Shown here: piece after piece, positions 1-7,560 of the stretch
Position numbering within the stretch: the first letter of the stretch is position 1
Layout of the letters: each line of letters opens with the position of its first letter
UHGV virus genome: UHGV-2152145
DNA: 10,830 nt
Strand: one strand, 5' to 3'
DNA from: a virus
Translations under genes and position numbers: made by a program
The notes under the pieces: generated by a model
What the model was told of the DNA's origin: nothing
Seen by the model: only the letters and a program-made list of their open reading frames with translations
The model's database searches: none

Positions 1-879
1 ATGAAAATACTGCCCGTTGTCTCCACCAAAGGTGGTGAAGGTAAATCAACACAATCCGCAAATCTTGCTGGTTTTCTGGCCGATGCAGGTATACGTACCC
101 TGCTGATTGACGGAGATCATGCTCAACCCACAGCCAGTAATATCTTTCCGCTGACATATGAAGCGCCAGCCGGCCTTTTTGAACTTCTTATGCGTACGGC
201 TGACCTCACTCATCCCGATAATATCATTTCCCGCACGGCTATCGATGGCCTTGATCTGATTGTCTCCAATGATCCTCATGAACAGTTAAAAACCGCGATG
301 CTTCACGCCCCGGACGGGCGTCTTCGCCTCCGGAATGTTCTGCAACATCCACTTTTCCTGAATAACTACGATGTCATTGTCGTTGATTCTCAGGGGGCGC
401 GCTCCGTCATGCTGGAGATGATAGTACTGTCGGCGACTGAGTCGGTTGTCGGGATGGTCAATCCGGTTCTTCCCGATGTTCGTGAATTTATTCGCGGTAC
501 TGTCAACGTCATGGAGAACCTGCTGCCCTACCGTGAACTTGGGATACCCCTGCCTAAAGTACGCACGCTGGTTAACTGCATGGACTATACCGCGCTGGCC
601 AGGAAGACGCTGGATGAGCTGGCCGGAATTATTCAGACCGGTCGTTACAGCAGACAGTTACCTGAAGGTGCCGTTTCCCTTCTTTCCACACAGATTTACG
701 ACCTGAATATTTACAAGCAGGGACATGCGGCTGGTCAACCCGTTCATCGTCTCGAAAAAGAATCCACACGTCGCAGTGATTCTGCGCTTGTCACGATGCA
801 CAGCCTGGCCTGTGAACTCTTTCCTGAGTGGAAACCGGCGTTTGACGGGCTGCTGGAAAACGGAGGAATTCGTCAGTGA
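1..879 (+). CDS. parA: ParA/Soj-family partition ATPase (deviant Walker A), complete 292 aa
   Basis: N-terminus MKILPVVSTKGGEGKSTQSANLAGFLADAGIRTLLIDGDH carries the KGGxxK[ST] deviant Walker A typical of ParA/MinD ATPases, with a hydrophobic DS (VVDSQG) Walker B-like segment further on. The ORF starts at window position 1 and stops with TGA at 877-879. Confidence 0.9.
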   Translation: MKILPVVSTKGGEGKSTQSANLAGFLADAGIRTLLIDGDHAQPTASNIFPLTYEAPAGLFELLMRTADLTHPDNIISRTAIDGLDLIVSNDPHEQLKTAMLHAPDGRLRLRNVLQHPLFLNNYDVIVVDSQGARSVMLEMIVLSATESVVGMVNPVLPDVREFIRGTVNVMENLLPYRELGIPLPKVRTLVNCMDYTALARKTLDELAGIIQTGRYSRQLPEGAVSLLSTQIYDLNIYKQGHAAGQPVHRLEKESTRRSDSALVTMHSLACELFPEWKPAFDGLLENGGIRQ

Positions 880-1008
880 TTCAGGTTAAGCGAGAACCAG
901 TCAGCTCTGTTGCTGTGGCTTATGGAGGTTATCAATACCGGAAGTCGTTATTTCATCAGTGTCATTAATTTTATCCATTTAATCAATATGATGAGAAGGA
1001 TTAACCCC

Positions 1009-1503
1009 ATGAATAACAGCAGCAATACCACAAACCGTAATACGTCTTCACCCGTTGAGTCAGCCTGTCATGCGTTACTGGATTTTATTGCCCGGGAAGT
1101 CTTTGAGAATAAAGCATCGGAAGAGGATGTCAGGGAGCGTTGCAAAGTATTTACAGCGCTGCTTAACGAAGGATTTAAAGCCCTGCTTGATGAGTCAGGG
1201 CTGAATCTGTCGAATCTTCGTAAACAGTGTAAGGAACTGGAATCTCAGATAACCAGACTGGATTCTCAGTCCGACGCTATTTGTCGCAGAAGCGCTCAAA
1301 TTGAACGCTTCATTGGCCACCATTTACCTTTTTTTGATTTGAACAAAGTTTCTGGTACTGCCAGTCAGTCATGTGAACCAGCGCCTTCTCCGGCTCAGTC
1401 GGCTGTGTCCAGTAGTCAGCCCAGTAATCTGTCAGAGCAAGGGACATCTCTGCGGGGGTCATCTGCTCAACCGTTGCCGGGAGCCAGTGATGCTGATGAA
1501 TAA
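1009..1503 (+). CDS. Hypothetical protein, predicted coiled-coil core with Ser/Pro/Gln-rich low-complexity C-terminal tail
   Basis: ATG at 1009 is preceded by GAAGGA (995-1000) at 8-nt spacing; the ORF-track start at 910 has no RBS. The central region (LRKQCKELESQITRLDSQ) looks helical/coiled-coil. The last ~190 nt overlap the minus-strand ORF 1310..1783, so the 3' portion is uncertain. Confidence 0.5.
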   Translation: MNNSSNTTNRNTSSPVESACHALLDFIAREVFENKASEEDVRERCKVFTALLNEGFKALLDESGLNLSNLRKQCKELESQITRLDSQSDAICRRSAQIERFIGHHLPFFDLNKVSGTASQSCEPAPSPAQSAVSSSQPSNLSEQGTSLRGSSAQPLPGASDADE

Positions 1504-1783
1504 GAGCAAACTTAACGGCTTGTTGAATGCTGATACTGTTATCGTCCAGAAAAAACCAGCGACGGCTGTTAATCAGCCAGTGTCCGAGCCAGCAAAGTCG
1601 GTAAGCGAGCTTCTGGTCAGCCCCGGGAAAGATTTCAGTTCCCTGGTCAAAGAAGGTTTTACAACGTTCCACATCGTCGGTGCTCATGCCTCCGGCTTTC
1701 CAGTTTTCATAATATTTTGCCATGTTGCCATCCTCATCATGGTTGTTATCAATGCCGGACGGCAGTTGTTTTTCTGTATTCAT
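1310..1783 (-). CDS. Possible divergent minus-strand ORF (157 aa) initiating inside repeat copy 1; uncertain
   Basis: The minus-strand ATG (complement of 1781-1783) is preceded by AAGGAG at ~7-nt spacing. The first 11 codons (MNTEKQLPSGI) are identical to those of minus ORF 2669..3064 because they lie within the repeat. The product is Trp/Tyr-rich and protein-like, but it overlaps the 3' end of + CDS 1009..1503, and antisense ORFs of this size are common in this window. Confidence 0.3.
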   Translation of the reverse strand: MNTEKQLPSGIDNNHDEDGNMAKYYENWKAGGMSTDDVERCKTFFDQGTEIFPGADQKLAYRLCWLGHWLINSRRWFFLDDNSISIQQAVKFALIHQHHWLPATVEQMTPAEMSLALTDYWADYWTQPTEPEKALVHMTDWQYQKLCSNQKKVNGGQ

Positions 1784-1956
1784 AAAAATTCTCCTTTAAA
1801 ACAATCTGTTATGAGTATGCGAATGCTGTCCGTACCTTCTGACCGGGGTCGGCAAACTTACCGGTCTGAAAACGTACAGGCAGTTATGGGCATTTTATGC
1901 CCTGCAACTGTTCGTCCGGCGCCCTTTTTCCTTTTTTTACACAGCCAGGTTTCCGG
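1751..1956. repeat. Copy 1 of a ~206-bp direct repeat (leader/regulatory element), upstream of CDS 2011..2913
   Basis: Aligned by eye to 3032..3237 at a constant offset of 1281 bp with no indels and roughly 16 mismatches. The central block (~1826..1920) differs at only 2 positions. Contains the palindrome GGGCATTTTATGCCC (1888..1902) and the imperfect inverted repeat TCTGACCGG-N14-CCGGTCTGA (1838..1869). Confidence 0.9.
1888..1902. promoter_or_regulatory. Perfect 15-bp palindrome GGGCATTTTATGCCC inside repeat copy 1 (identical site at 3169..3183); candidate operator or RNA hairpin
   Basis: 6-bp arms GGGCAT/ATGCCC around a TTT centre, conserved exactly in both repeat copies, followed about 20 nt later by a T-rich tract (CCCTTTTTCCTTTTTTT). 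No canonical sigma70 -35/-10 pair could be assigned confidently by eye. Confidence 0.35.
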
Positions 1957-2010
1957 TTATCTGCGGGGAAGTGACGCACCTGGCGGGCAGAGAGATATGG
2001 AGGTGAAAGT

Positions 2011-2913
2011 ATGTCTTCCTCAGTGAAATATTCTCCGGTTCCGGCGGTGTTAACCCGCCCTGAATTGCTGGCTGAACTGAACCTGCTGATGACCCGGATT
2101 GCCAGTGGGTGTCGTGTGGGGGTTCCGGCGTCATGTCGTCCGGTCATTGCGGTGCACGGTGGTTATGTTTCATACAGTTCTCCACGCGCCGGACGTGTTT
2201 TTCAGGACGGTTCCCGCCCGGAGATAGTGATGGCCGTCAGTAACCGGGAACGGATGTGCGAATGGTTCAGTCAGGTCTGGCTTCCGCTGCATCTGGCTGC
2301 CCTTGAAGGCGATGAGAGTGCTTTTTTCAGTGCGGAGGTCAACATGGTGCGCCGCGAGCTGCAGCGCGTTCCGGGGAATTCAATGAACTGCATGTGCTGG
2401 GCAAGCCTTGCTGCACTGGCATTTGATGCTGAAGAGCGGGTGGAACGGCAGAAAGGCAATAATGAGAACATCGCAACATATGATGAGAGCATCGCAACAT
2501 ATGCATTCCGTGCTGCCTGTACTGTGAGTCTCTGTCTGAGCCGGAATGTTTCCGGAGGTATTCCGCGCTCATACCCTGAATGGAAAGCGATTTTATTTCC
2601 CCGTGATGGTGCTGACATTTTCCCCGACGGGTGGCTGGAAAATATGACCCGTCGGGCTGAACGTGTCTTTACGAGTGCGAAACGTCAGTGTGGAATGCTC
2701 TCAGCCAGTCAGGCAGCGCTTTTTTCTCAACAAACACGTCAGTGTGCCAGTGAGCAATGCTCCGGCCGTATTCAGGCCGGCAGTCATCATTCAGGGAGCC
2801 ACCCTGACGTTTCAGCTTATGAAGTACGCTGTGCACAAGAAATGTCGCTTTCACCGGTCCATTCGACCCGACAGTGTTCAGTTCAATCCACTGATTCTGC
2901 TGAAACGGAGTGA
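2011..2913 (+). CDS. Hypothetical protein (300 aa), no recognisable domain; flanked on both sides by the 206-bp repeat
   Basis: ATG 2011 is preceded by GGAGGTG (1999-2005) at 5-6 nt spacing, directly downstream of repeat copy 1. Contains an in-frame 21-bp tandem duplication (2464..2505) and a Cys/Ser/Gln-rich C-terminal ~80 aa that looks low-complexity. The 3' end overlaps minus ORF 2669..3064. Confidence 0.5.
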   Translation: MSSSVKYSPVPAVLTRPELLAELNLLMTRIASGCRVGVPASCRPVIAVHGGYVSYSSPRAGRVFQDGSRPEIVMAVSNRERMCEWFSQVWLPLHLAALEGDESAFFSAEVNMVRRELQRVPGNSMNCMCWASLAALAFDAEERVERQKGNNENIATYDESIATYAFRAACTVSLCLSRNVSGGIPRSYPEWKAILFPRDGADIFPDGWLENMTRRAERVFTSAKRQCGMLSASQAALFSQQTRQCASEQCSGRIQAGSHHSGSHPDVSAYEVRCAQEMSLSPVHSTRQCSVQSTDSAETE

Positions 2914-3064
2914 AAGGATGAGCCGATTCAATACAGTTCGGGGGGAAGGGGTTACAGAGCCCGTCTTTTTCCGTCATGACCTTTCCGTTACTCAGCAGCC
3001 AGAACTGCTGGGTGTATTTCACTTCAGATCCAATGCCGGACGGCAGTTGTTTTTCTGTATTCAT
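2669..3064 (-). CDS. Possible divergent minus-strand ORF (131 aa) initiating inside repeat copy 2; uncertain
   Basis: The minus-strand ATG at 3062-3064 is preceded by AAAGGA. It shares only the first 11 residues with ORF 1310..1783 and then diverges completely. It overlaps the 3' low-complexity tail of + CDS 2011..2913. Confidence 0.25.
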   Translation of the reverse strand: MNTEKQLPSGIGSEVKYTQQFWLLSNGKVMTEKDGLCNPFPPNCIESAHPFTPFQQNQWIELNTVGSNGPVKATFLVHSVLHKLKRQGGSLNDDCRPEYGRSIAHWHTDVFVEKKALPDWLRAFHTDVSHS

Positions 3065-3237
3065 AAAGTTTTTCCTTTAAATCAGATTGTTATGAATGAG
3101 CGAATGCTGTCCGTACCTTCAGACCGGGGGCGGCAAACTTACCGGTCTGAAAACGTACAGGCAGTTATGGGCATTTTATGCCCTGCAACTGTTCGTCCGG
3201 CACCCTTTTTCCTTTTTTCACATAGCCGGGTTTCCGG
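3032..3237. repeat. Copy 2 of the ~206-bp direct repeat, immediately upstream of dnaB
   Basis: Same element as 1751..1956. Contains GGGCATTTTATGCCC (3169..3183) and the perfect 9-bp inverted repeat TCAGACCGG-N14-CCGGTCTGA (3119..3150). The dnaB RBS GGGAGG and ATG 3261 follow about 20 bp after the repeat ends. Confidence 0.9.
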
Positions 3238-3260
3238 CAGTCAGAGAGGGAGGATACACC

Positions 3261-4649
3261 ATGGCTGAACGCTATATTCCGCGCTCCGTTGATGCTGAAC
3301 AGGCTGTGCTTGGCGGCCTGATGCTTGATAATGATCGCTGGGATGAAGTGGTGCTGATGCTCAGGAGGGAGGATTTTTCTCTGGCTGTGCACAGGGTGAT
3401 ATTCCGCTCTATGTCAGAGCTGGCAGTCAGCGGTCAGCCGTTCGACCTCATCACGCTGAGTGAGCATATTGAGAAAACGCACAATATTGAGGCACTCGGC
3501 GGCTTCGCTTACCTGGCTGAGCTCAGTAAGAATACACCTTCAGCAGCCAATATCATGGCTTATGTCCGTATTGTGGCGGAAAAGAGTATGCTGCGGCAGC
3601 TTCAGGAAACCGGTAATTCTCTGGTTGCTGATGTTGCATCGCCGGATGCCACTCCGCGCGCAGTTCTTGAATCCGCGGAACGGCGACTTTTTTCTCTTTC
3701 CCAGACAGGCATGCTGCATGAGCGCAGTGAAGTGAGCCTTTCCTCCGCAATGGAGCTGGCCCTGCGTCAGCTGGAAGAAGGACTGAGGGCGGGCGGGATG
3801 ACGGGCACCCCAACGGGGTTTGATGAACTGGATGAGATGACCTGTGGCCTGCAGCCCGGGGATCTTATCCTTCTGGCAGCACGTCCGTCGATGGGGAAAA
3901 CGGCCCTTGGGCTCACTCTGTGTCTTAATGCCCTGCGTGAGCGGACCGATGAAACGGTATTCCTGTTCAGCATAGAAATGTCCAGGGAGCAACTGATTCT
4001 GCGTACCCTGTCGATGCTGTCCCGGGTGGAGCTGACTCGTCTTCGCAGCAGCATGATGGACGATGAGGAGTGGGCGAGACTTACGGCAACAATGGGTGAG
4101 TTCATGCAGGAGGGGACATCTGTCGGTGAAGGTAACCGCCTGATCATTGATGACTCGTCATTTCAGACTCCGTCATCACTGCGCGCCAGTGCCCGTCGTT
4201 ATGTGCGTCTGTATGGCAGACCTTCCCTGATAATGGTCGATTATCTCCAGTTGATTCGTTCACCGGACCAGGAAAACCGCACTCAGGAGATTGCGGAAAT
4301 ATCCCGCGCCCTCAAGTCGCTGGGGAAAGAACTTGGATGCCCTGTGCTCGCACTGTCGCAGCTTAACCGACAGGTGGAACAGCGGGCAGATAAACGACCA
4401 AACAACGGTGACCTGCGTGATTCCGGGGCGCTGGAGCAGGATGCTGACCTCATTATGTTTATTTACCGTGACGAGGTTTACAACCCCGGCACTCTGGATA
4501 AGGGCGTGGCGGAAATCATTGTGAGCAAACAGCGACAGGGACCGACCGGTACGATACGGGTGAGCTTCGATGGTCGTTACACCCTGTTTTCACCGTTTGA
4601 ACGTGGCTGGAATTTTGACCGTTCCGGAGGCAATGCGTATGTCAATTAA
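3261..4649 (+). CDS. dnaB: DnaB-family replicative DNA helicase (463 aa)
   Basis: N-terminus MAERYIPRSVDAEQAVLGGLMLDN is a typical DnaB N-terminal domain start. Walker A ARPSMGKTALGL, Walker B-like LIMVDYLQL, and SQLNR plus DLRDSGALEQDADLIMFIYRDEVY match the RecA-like DnaB C-terminal domain. The start is set at ATG 3261 with GGGAGG at 3248-3253; the ORF-track start at 3096 lies inside the repeat and lacks an RBS. Confidence 0.9.
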   Translation: MAERYIPRSVDAEQAVLGGLMLDNDRWDEVVLMLRREDFSLAVHRVIFRSMSELAVSGQPFDLITLSEHIEKTHNIEALGGFAYLAELSKNTPSAANIMAYVRIVAEKSMLRQLQETGNSLVADVASPDATPRAVLESAERRLFSLSQTGMLHERSEVSLSSAMELALRQLEEGLRAGGMTGTPTGFDELDEMTCGLQPGDLILLAARPSMGKTALGLTLCLNALRERTDETVFLFSIEMSREQLILRTLSMLSRVELTRLRSSMMDDEEWARLTATMGEFMQEGTSVGEGNRLIIDDSSFQTPSSLRASARRYVRLYGRPSLIMVDYLQLIRSPDQENRTQEIAEISRALKSLGKELGCPVLALSQLNRQVEQRADKRPNNGDLRDSGALEQDADLIMFIYRDEVYNPGTLDKGVAEIIVSKQRQGPTGTIRVSFDGRYTLFSPFERGWNFDRSGGNAYVN

Positions 4650-6264
4650 GCGAAATCATTCCCTTGACCTGGGGGCCGCCATCATGCAACCGGGGCGCCA
4701 GGCCAGTAAGACCGGTAACGTGGTTGCCCTGGGGGAAACGCCCATGGTTCTGACGCTGGATCAGTTGCGCCCTAATCCTGATAACCCGAGAACCACGCGC
4801 AATCCCCGGTACGACGATATTAAAAGTTCAATTTTCTCCCGCGGACTGGATACGGTGCCAAAGGTCACCCGGATACCGGAGAGTGAGCCGGATATCTACA
4901 TCTTCAGCGATGGTGGTAACACTCGTTATCAGATCCTGAGAGAACTGTGGGAGGAGACCGGCGAGCAGCGTTTCTACCGTATTCATGTGCTTTTCAAACC
5001 GTGGCCGGGGCGGCTTCAGTGTGTCATTGGTCATCTGGCTGAGAATGAAGTCAGGGGCGAACTGACGTTTATTGAAAAGGCTCAGGGTATCCATAAAGCA
5101 CGGATGATTTATGAAGAGTCCCTGCAGCGGACTGTGACGATCAGAGAACTGGCATCATTACTGACAGATGAAGGCCTTCCGGTAAGCCACTCATCCGTCA
5201 GCAGGATGGAGCATGCGCTGAAATATCTGTATCCGTGGATCCCCGAACTACTGGAGTCAGGAATGGGGAGACCGCAGGTCAATTCTTTGTTATCTCTCCG
5301 TCAGGATGCGGAACGCATCTGGGGGCAGTTTGCAGTCGCGGCGGAAAACGATGTGGATTTTGATCGCGTGTTTGGTGAATGTTGCGGCAAATTCAACTCG
5401 CCGGAACTCTGGTCCATGGAAATGTTCAGGGACGAGCTGATCGGTGACCTGCTGAAGGCTCTGCCACATCCGGTACTGGATTACGATCGCTGGTTGCTGG
5501 AGCTGGATCCCCGGGAGCGTAATCGACGTCACCATTTTGGTGAACCCGAACCGGTACTCATGCCGGCGGGCAGCCCCCCGGAACCGGGGGCTCAGGTGGC
5601 GTCTGGCGGGATGACGGAAGCTGCTCAGGTCGTTGCCGCCACTCCCGCAGACCGTGAGAGCGTCATGAATACTGCGCAATCAGGGGCTGAGAAAGAGGAC
5701 CGCCCGGTCGCAGATAAACGCGAACGACGCAGAAAGGAAGTTCAACCGGATATGTATGGTGGCGAAGACTCATACAGCGGTGATTGCGGAGAGGATGCGA
5801 CCGGTGAGTCAACTGATATACCGATAATGCCGGAAGATAACGCCATGCAGGAGGGGGGAGAATTTCGCCTGGCGTCTGCATTCACTGGTGCTGAACAGGA
5901 TGATATCGAATCTCTGCAGAATGAGGCGTTTCACCTCGCATGGGAGCTGGCGTCACATACAGGCTGTGTCGATGAGATAGCGATGGACCGGGAAAGTGAG
6001 CTGTCTGCAGGATTTGGTGCGGCAGAGGCAAATTGCTCACCGGTCATGGCATTTCTTGTCAGACTGACCGGTGAGGAGGTTCTGCGGGTCAATCCGGTTT
6101 CCCTTGATGCACTGCTGATAGGCGGCAGTACTGAAGAAGACCTGCCGTTGCTTGATGATGAACATGCAGGAAAGTTGCTTCGCCTGCTGGGTGTGTTGCG
6201 TCGTCTGCGGGGGCTGCAGCGTATGGTGGAAGACGAGAGTGAGGAAGGGCGCGATGAATGCTGA
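4639..6264 (+). CDS. parB: ParB-like nuclease-domain protein with long acidic low-complexity C-terminal extension
   Basis: LDQLRPNPDNPR and GNTRYQ match the ParB/Srx N-terminal domain signature (xPNPxNPR box, GxxR). ATG 4639 has GGAGG at 4626-4630 with 8-nt spacing and overlaps the dnaB stop by 11 nt, consistent with translational coupling. The C-terminal ~230 aa are rich in E/D/P/G/A. Confidence 0.8.
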   Translation: MSIKRNHSLDLGAAIMQPGRQASKTGNVVALGETPMVLTLDQLRPNPDNPRTTRNPRYDDIKSSIFSRGLDTVPKVTRIPESEPDIYIFSDGGNTRYQILRELWEETGEQRFYRIHVLFKPWPGRLQCVIGHLAENEVRGELTFIEKAQGIHKARMIYEESLQRTVTIRELASLLTDEGLPVSHSSVSRMEHALKYLYPWIPELLESGMGRPQVNSLLSLRQDAERIWGQFAVAAENDVDFDRVFGECCGKFNSPELWSMEMFRDELIGDLLKALPHPVLDYDRWLLELDPRERNRRHHFGEPEPVLMPAGSPPEPGAQVASGGMTEAAQVVAATPADRESVMNTAQSGAEKEDRPVADKRERRRKEVQPDMYGGEDSYSGDCGEDATGESTDIPIMPEDNAMQEGGEFRLASAFTGAEQDDIESLQNEAFHLAWELASHTGCVDEIAMDRESELSAGFGAAEANCSPVMAFLVRLTGEEVLRVNPVSLDALLIGGSTEEDLPLLDDEHAGKLLRLLGVLRRLRGLQRMVEDESEEGRDEC

Positions 6265-6985
6265 TGCCGCACGTCAGGATCAACTGATTAAACGGATAAG
6301 AAAACTGCTGGCGCTGAGCCGGAATAACAGTAACCCCCATGAGGCAGGCCAGGCACTTTCCCGTGCTCAGGCGCTGATGCGCAAGCACGGTATCACTGAA
6401 CTGGATACTGATATTTCGGTGATAAAGACCTCGTCATCAAAGGGGGCCCCGTCAGAAGCGGAAAAAGTTCCGGTATGGATGGGGCGCCTTATGCATGTTG
6501 TTGCAGAGGCATTCGGATGCCATACATACCTGGACTGGCGTATCACAACCGGAAGGTACTGGCGGCGGGTTGTCATATTTTATGGCTTTGGGGAGCGCCC
6601 GGTTGTGGCGGCGTATGCCTTTGATGTTCTCTGCCGGCAGATGCAAAAGGCAACAAAGGCGTATCTTTCAACCCAGAGCAGGGCATTAAAATTGTCAACC
6701 CGCAGGGCAAGAGCAGCCATGTTTCGTGACGGCTGGGTTTATGGGGTGCGTGATGTGGTGGATGCATTCCCGCTCACGGAAGATGAGACGCGTGTAATGA
6801 AGACGTGGCTGAAGAGACAGCAATTTGAGGGAATGGCTGCCTTCCGGAATGTTAAGGACTGTAATGGTGGTGATCGTGCACGCTGGCAGGGATACAGCGA
6901 GGGTAAAAAGGCAACACTGCATCATGGTGTTGGTTCCCGGAATCTGAGACCTGAAAGCCTGATATCGGGCGGAGGTGAGGTATGA
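6254..6985 (+). CDS. DUF2786-like protein (conserved hypothetical of plasmids/phages/islands)
   Basis: N-terminus MNADAARQDQLIKRIRKLLALSRNNSNPHEAGQALSRAQALMRKHGITELD fits my recollection of the DUF2786 N-terminal helical motif (IxKIrKLLALaxsxNxxEAxxAL). Start 6254 follows GAGGAAGGG and overlaps the parB stop by 11 nt. Confidence 0.65.
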   Translation: MNADAARQDQLIKRIRKLLALSRNNSNPHEAGQALSRAQALMRKHGITELDTDISVIKTSSSKGAPSEAEKVPVWMGRLMHVVAEAFGCHTYLDWRITTGRYWRRVVIFYGFGERPVVAAYAFDVLCRQMQKATKAYLSTQSRALKLSTRRARAAMFRDGWVYGVRDVVDAFPLTEDETRVMKTWLKRQQFEGMAAFRNVKDCNGGDRARWQGYSEGKKATLHHGVGSRNLRPESLISGGGEV

Positions 6986-7560
6986 GTAACAACTTGTCAC
7001 AGGCCACCAACGGGCTGTTGATGCAACTGGTGATGGATCTCAAGAGTGGCTATCTGCGGCGATGTGAAGCACTGGGGCTTTCCCGGGAAGAAATGCAGAT
7101 GCTGCAGGGGCTGAGCATTGAAGAAATTCACTATCTGTCAAATTCAGAAGTGTCGGTGCTGCGGCTGGATATTAACCACAACAATCTTGTGCGCATGTTG
7201 CAGCAGGCGCGGACTGAACAGAAACGTCTGCAGCGAATCGATCGCGCTCTGGCGCTGGGGGGCTCTATCGAACTCATGGCGTTTTATTTTGGTCTTTCCA
7301 GCGTGGATGTGGCTGCGCGGCGTCGTATCTCCGGTATTGATGTTCGTCCCGGAAGGGGGATCACCCTGAGTGACGATGAGAATTCTGAACTCTGGCGGTT
7401 GTGGCAGAAAGCCGGGATCAATGATGTGGAGAGTGTGGACGGGCTGGATGTCATGATGCTTTGTGCTGAACAGATGAACATTCCACTGACGGCCATCTGG
7501 CATGCCGTCAGAGGGTGGCATACAACCGGAAATCCGGATCAGGTAAGGAGCGCGTCATGA
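6982..7560 (+). CDS. Hypothetical protein (192 aa), part of the coupled operon
   Basis: ATG 6982 overlaps the upstream stop (ATGA) and is preceded by GGAGGTGAGG. Composition is protein-like with no motif I can name with confidence. Confidence 0.6.
   Translation: MSNNLSQATNGLLMQLVMDLKSGYLRRCEALGLSREEMQMLQGLSIEEIHYLSNSEVSVLRLDINHNNLVRMLQQARTEQKRLQRIDRALALGGSIELMAFYFGLSSVDVAARRRISGIDVRPGRGITLSDDENSELWRLWQKAGINDVESVDGLDVMMLCAEQMNIPLTAIWHAVRGWHTTGNPDQVRSAS

Noticed and set aside
971-979. DnaA-box-like sequence TTATCCATT in the parA-downstream intergenic region
   Set aside because: It is a single imperfect match (7 of 9 to TTATCCACA) in an AT-rich stretch with no clustered boxes or adjacent AT-rich 13-mers, which is not enough to call an origin.
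1373-2026. Long + strand ORFs reading through the repeat copies (1373..2026 and 2663..3268)
   Set aside because: They run through the duplicated leader in the same frame, but no usable RBS precedes the candidate starts (the + strand shows CTCC at the internal ATG), the flanking parts are unrelated, and they overlap better-supported genes.
2938-2970. Terminator-like GC stem followed by TCTTTTTCC downstream of CDS 2011..2913
   Set aside because: The stem is only 3-4 bp (CGGG/CCCG) with a long loop, too weak to call a rho-independent terminator from sequence alone.
3096-3260. N-terminal extension of the dnaB ORF (ORF-track start 3096)
   Set aside because: The upstream in-frame ATG lies within the repeat and has no RBS, and the translated extension is not DnaB-like. 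The ATG at 3261 has a GGGAGG RBS and gives a canonical DnaB N-terminus.
3540-4147. Minus-strand ORFs inside dnaB (3540..3992, 3553..3813, 3767..4147)
   Set aside because: They are antisense to a strongly supported DnaB coding region, have low-complexity Arg/Ser/Pro-rich translations and no RBS.
5290-6388. Minus-strand ORFs inside parB (5290..5679, 5663..5881, 5931..6272, 6089..6388)
   Set aside because: They are antisense to the ParB-like gene and have low-complexity translations typical of the antisense strand of GC-rich coding sequence.
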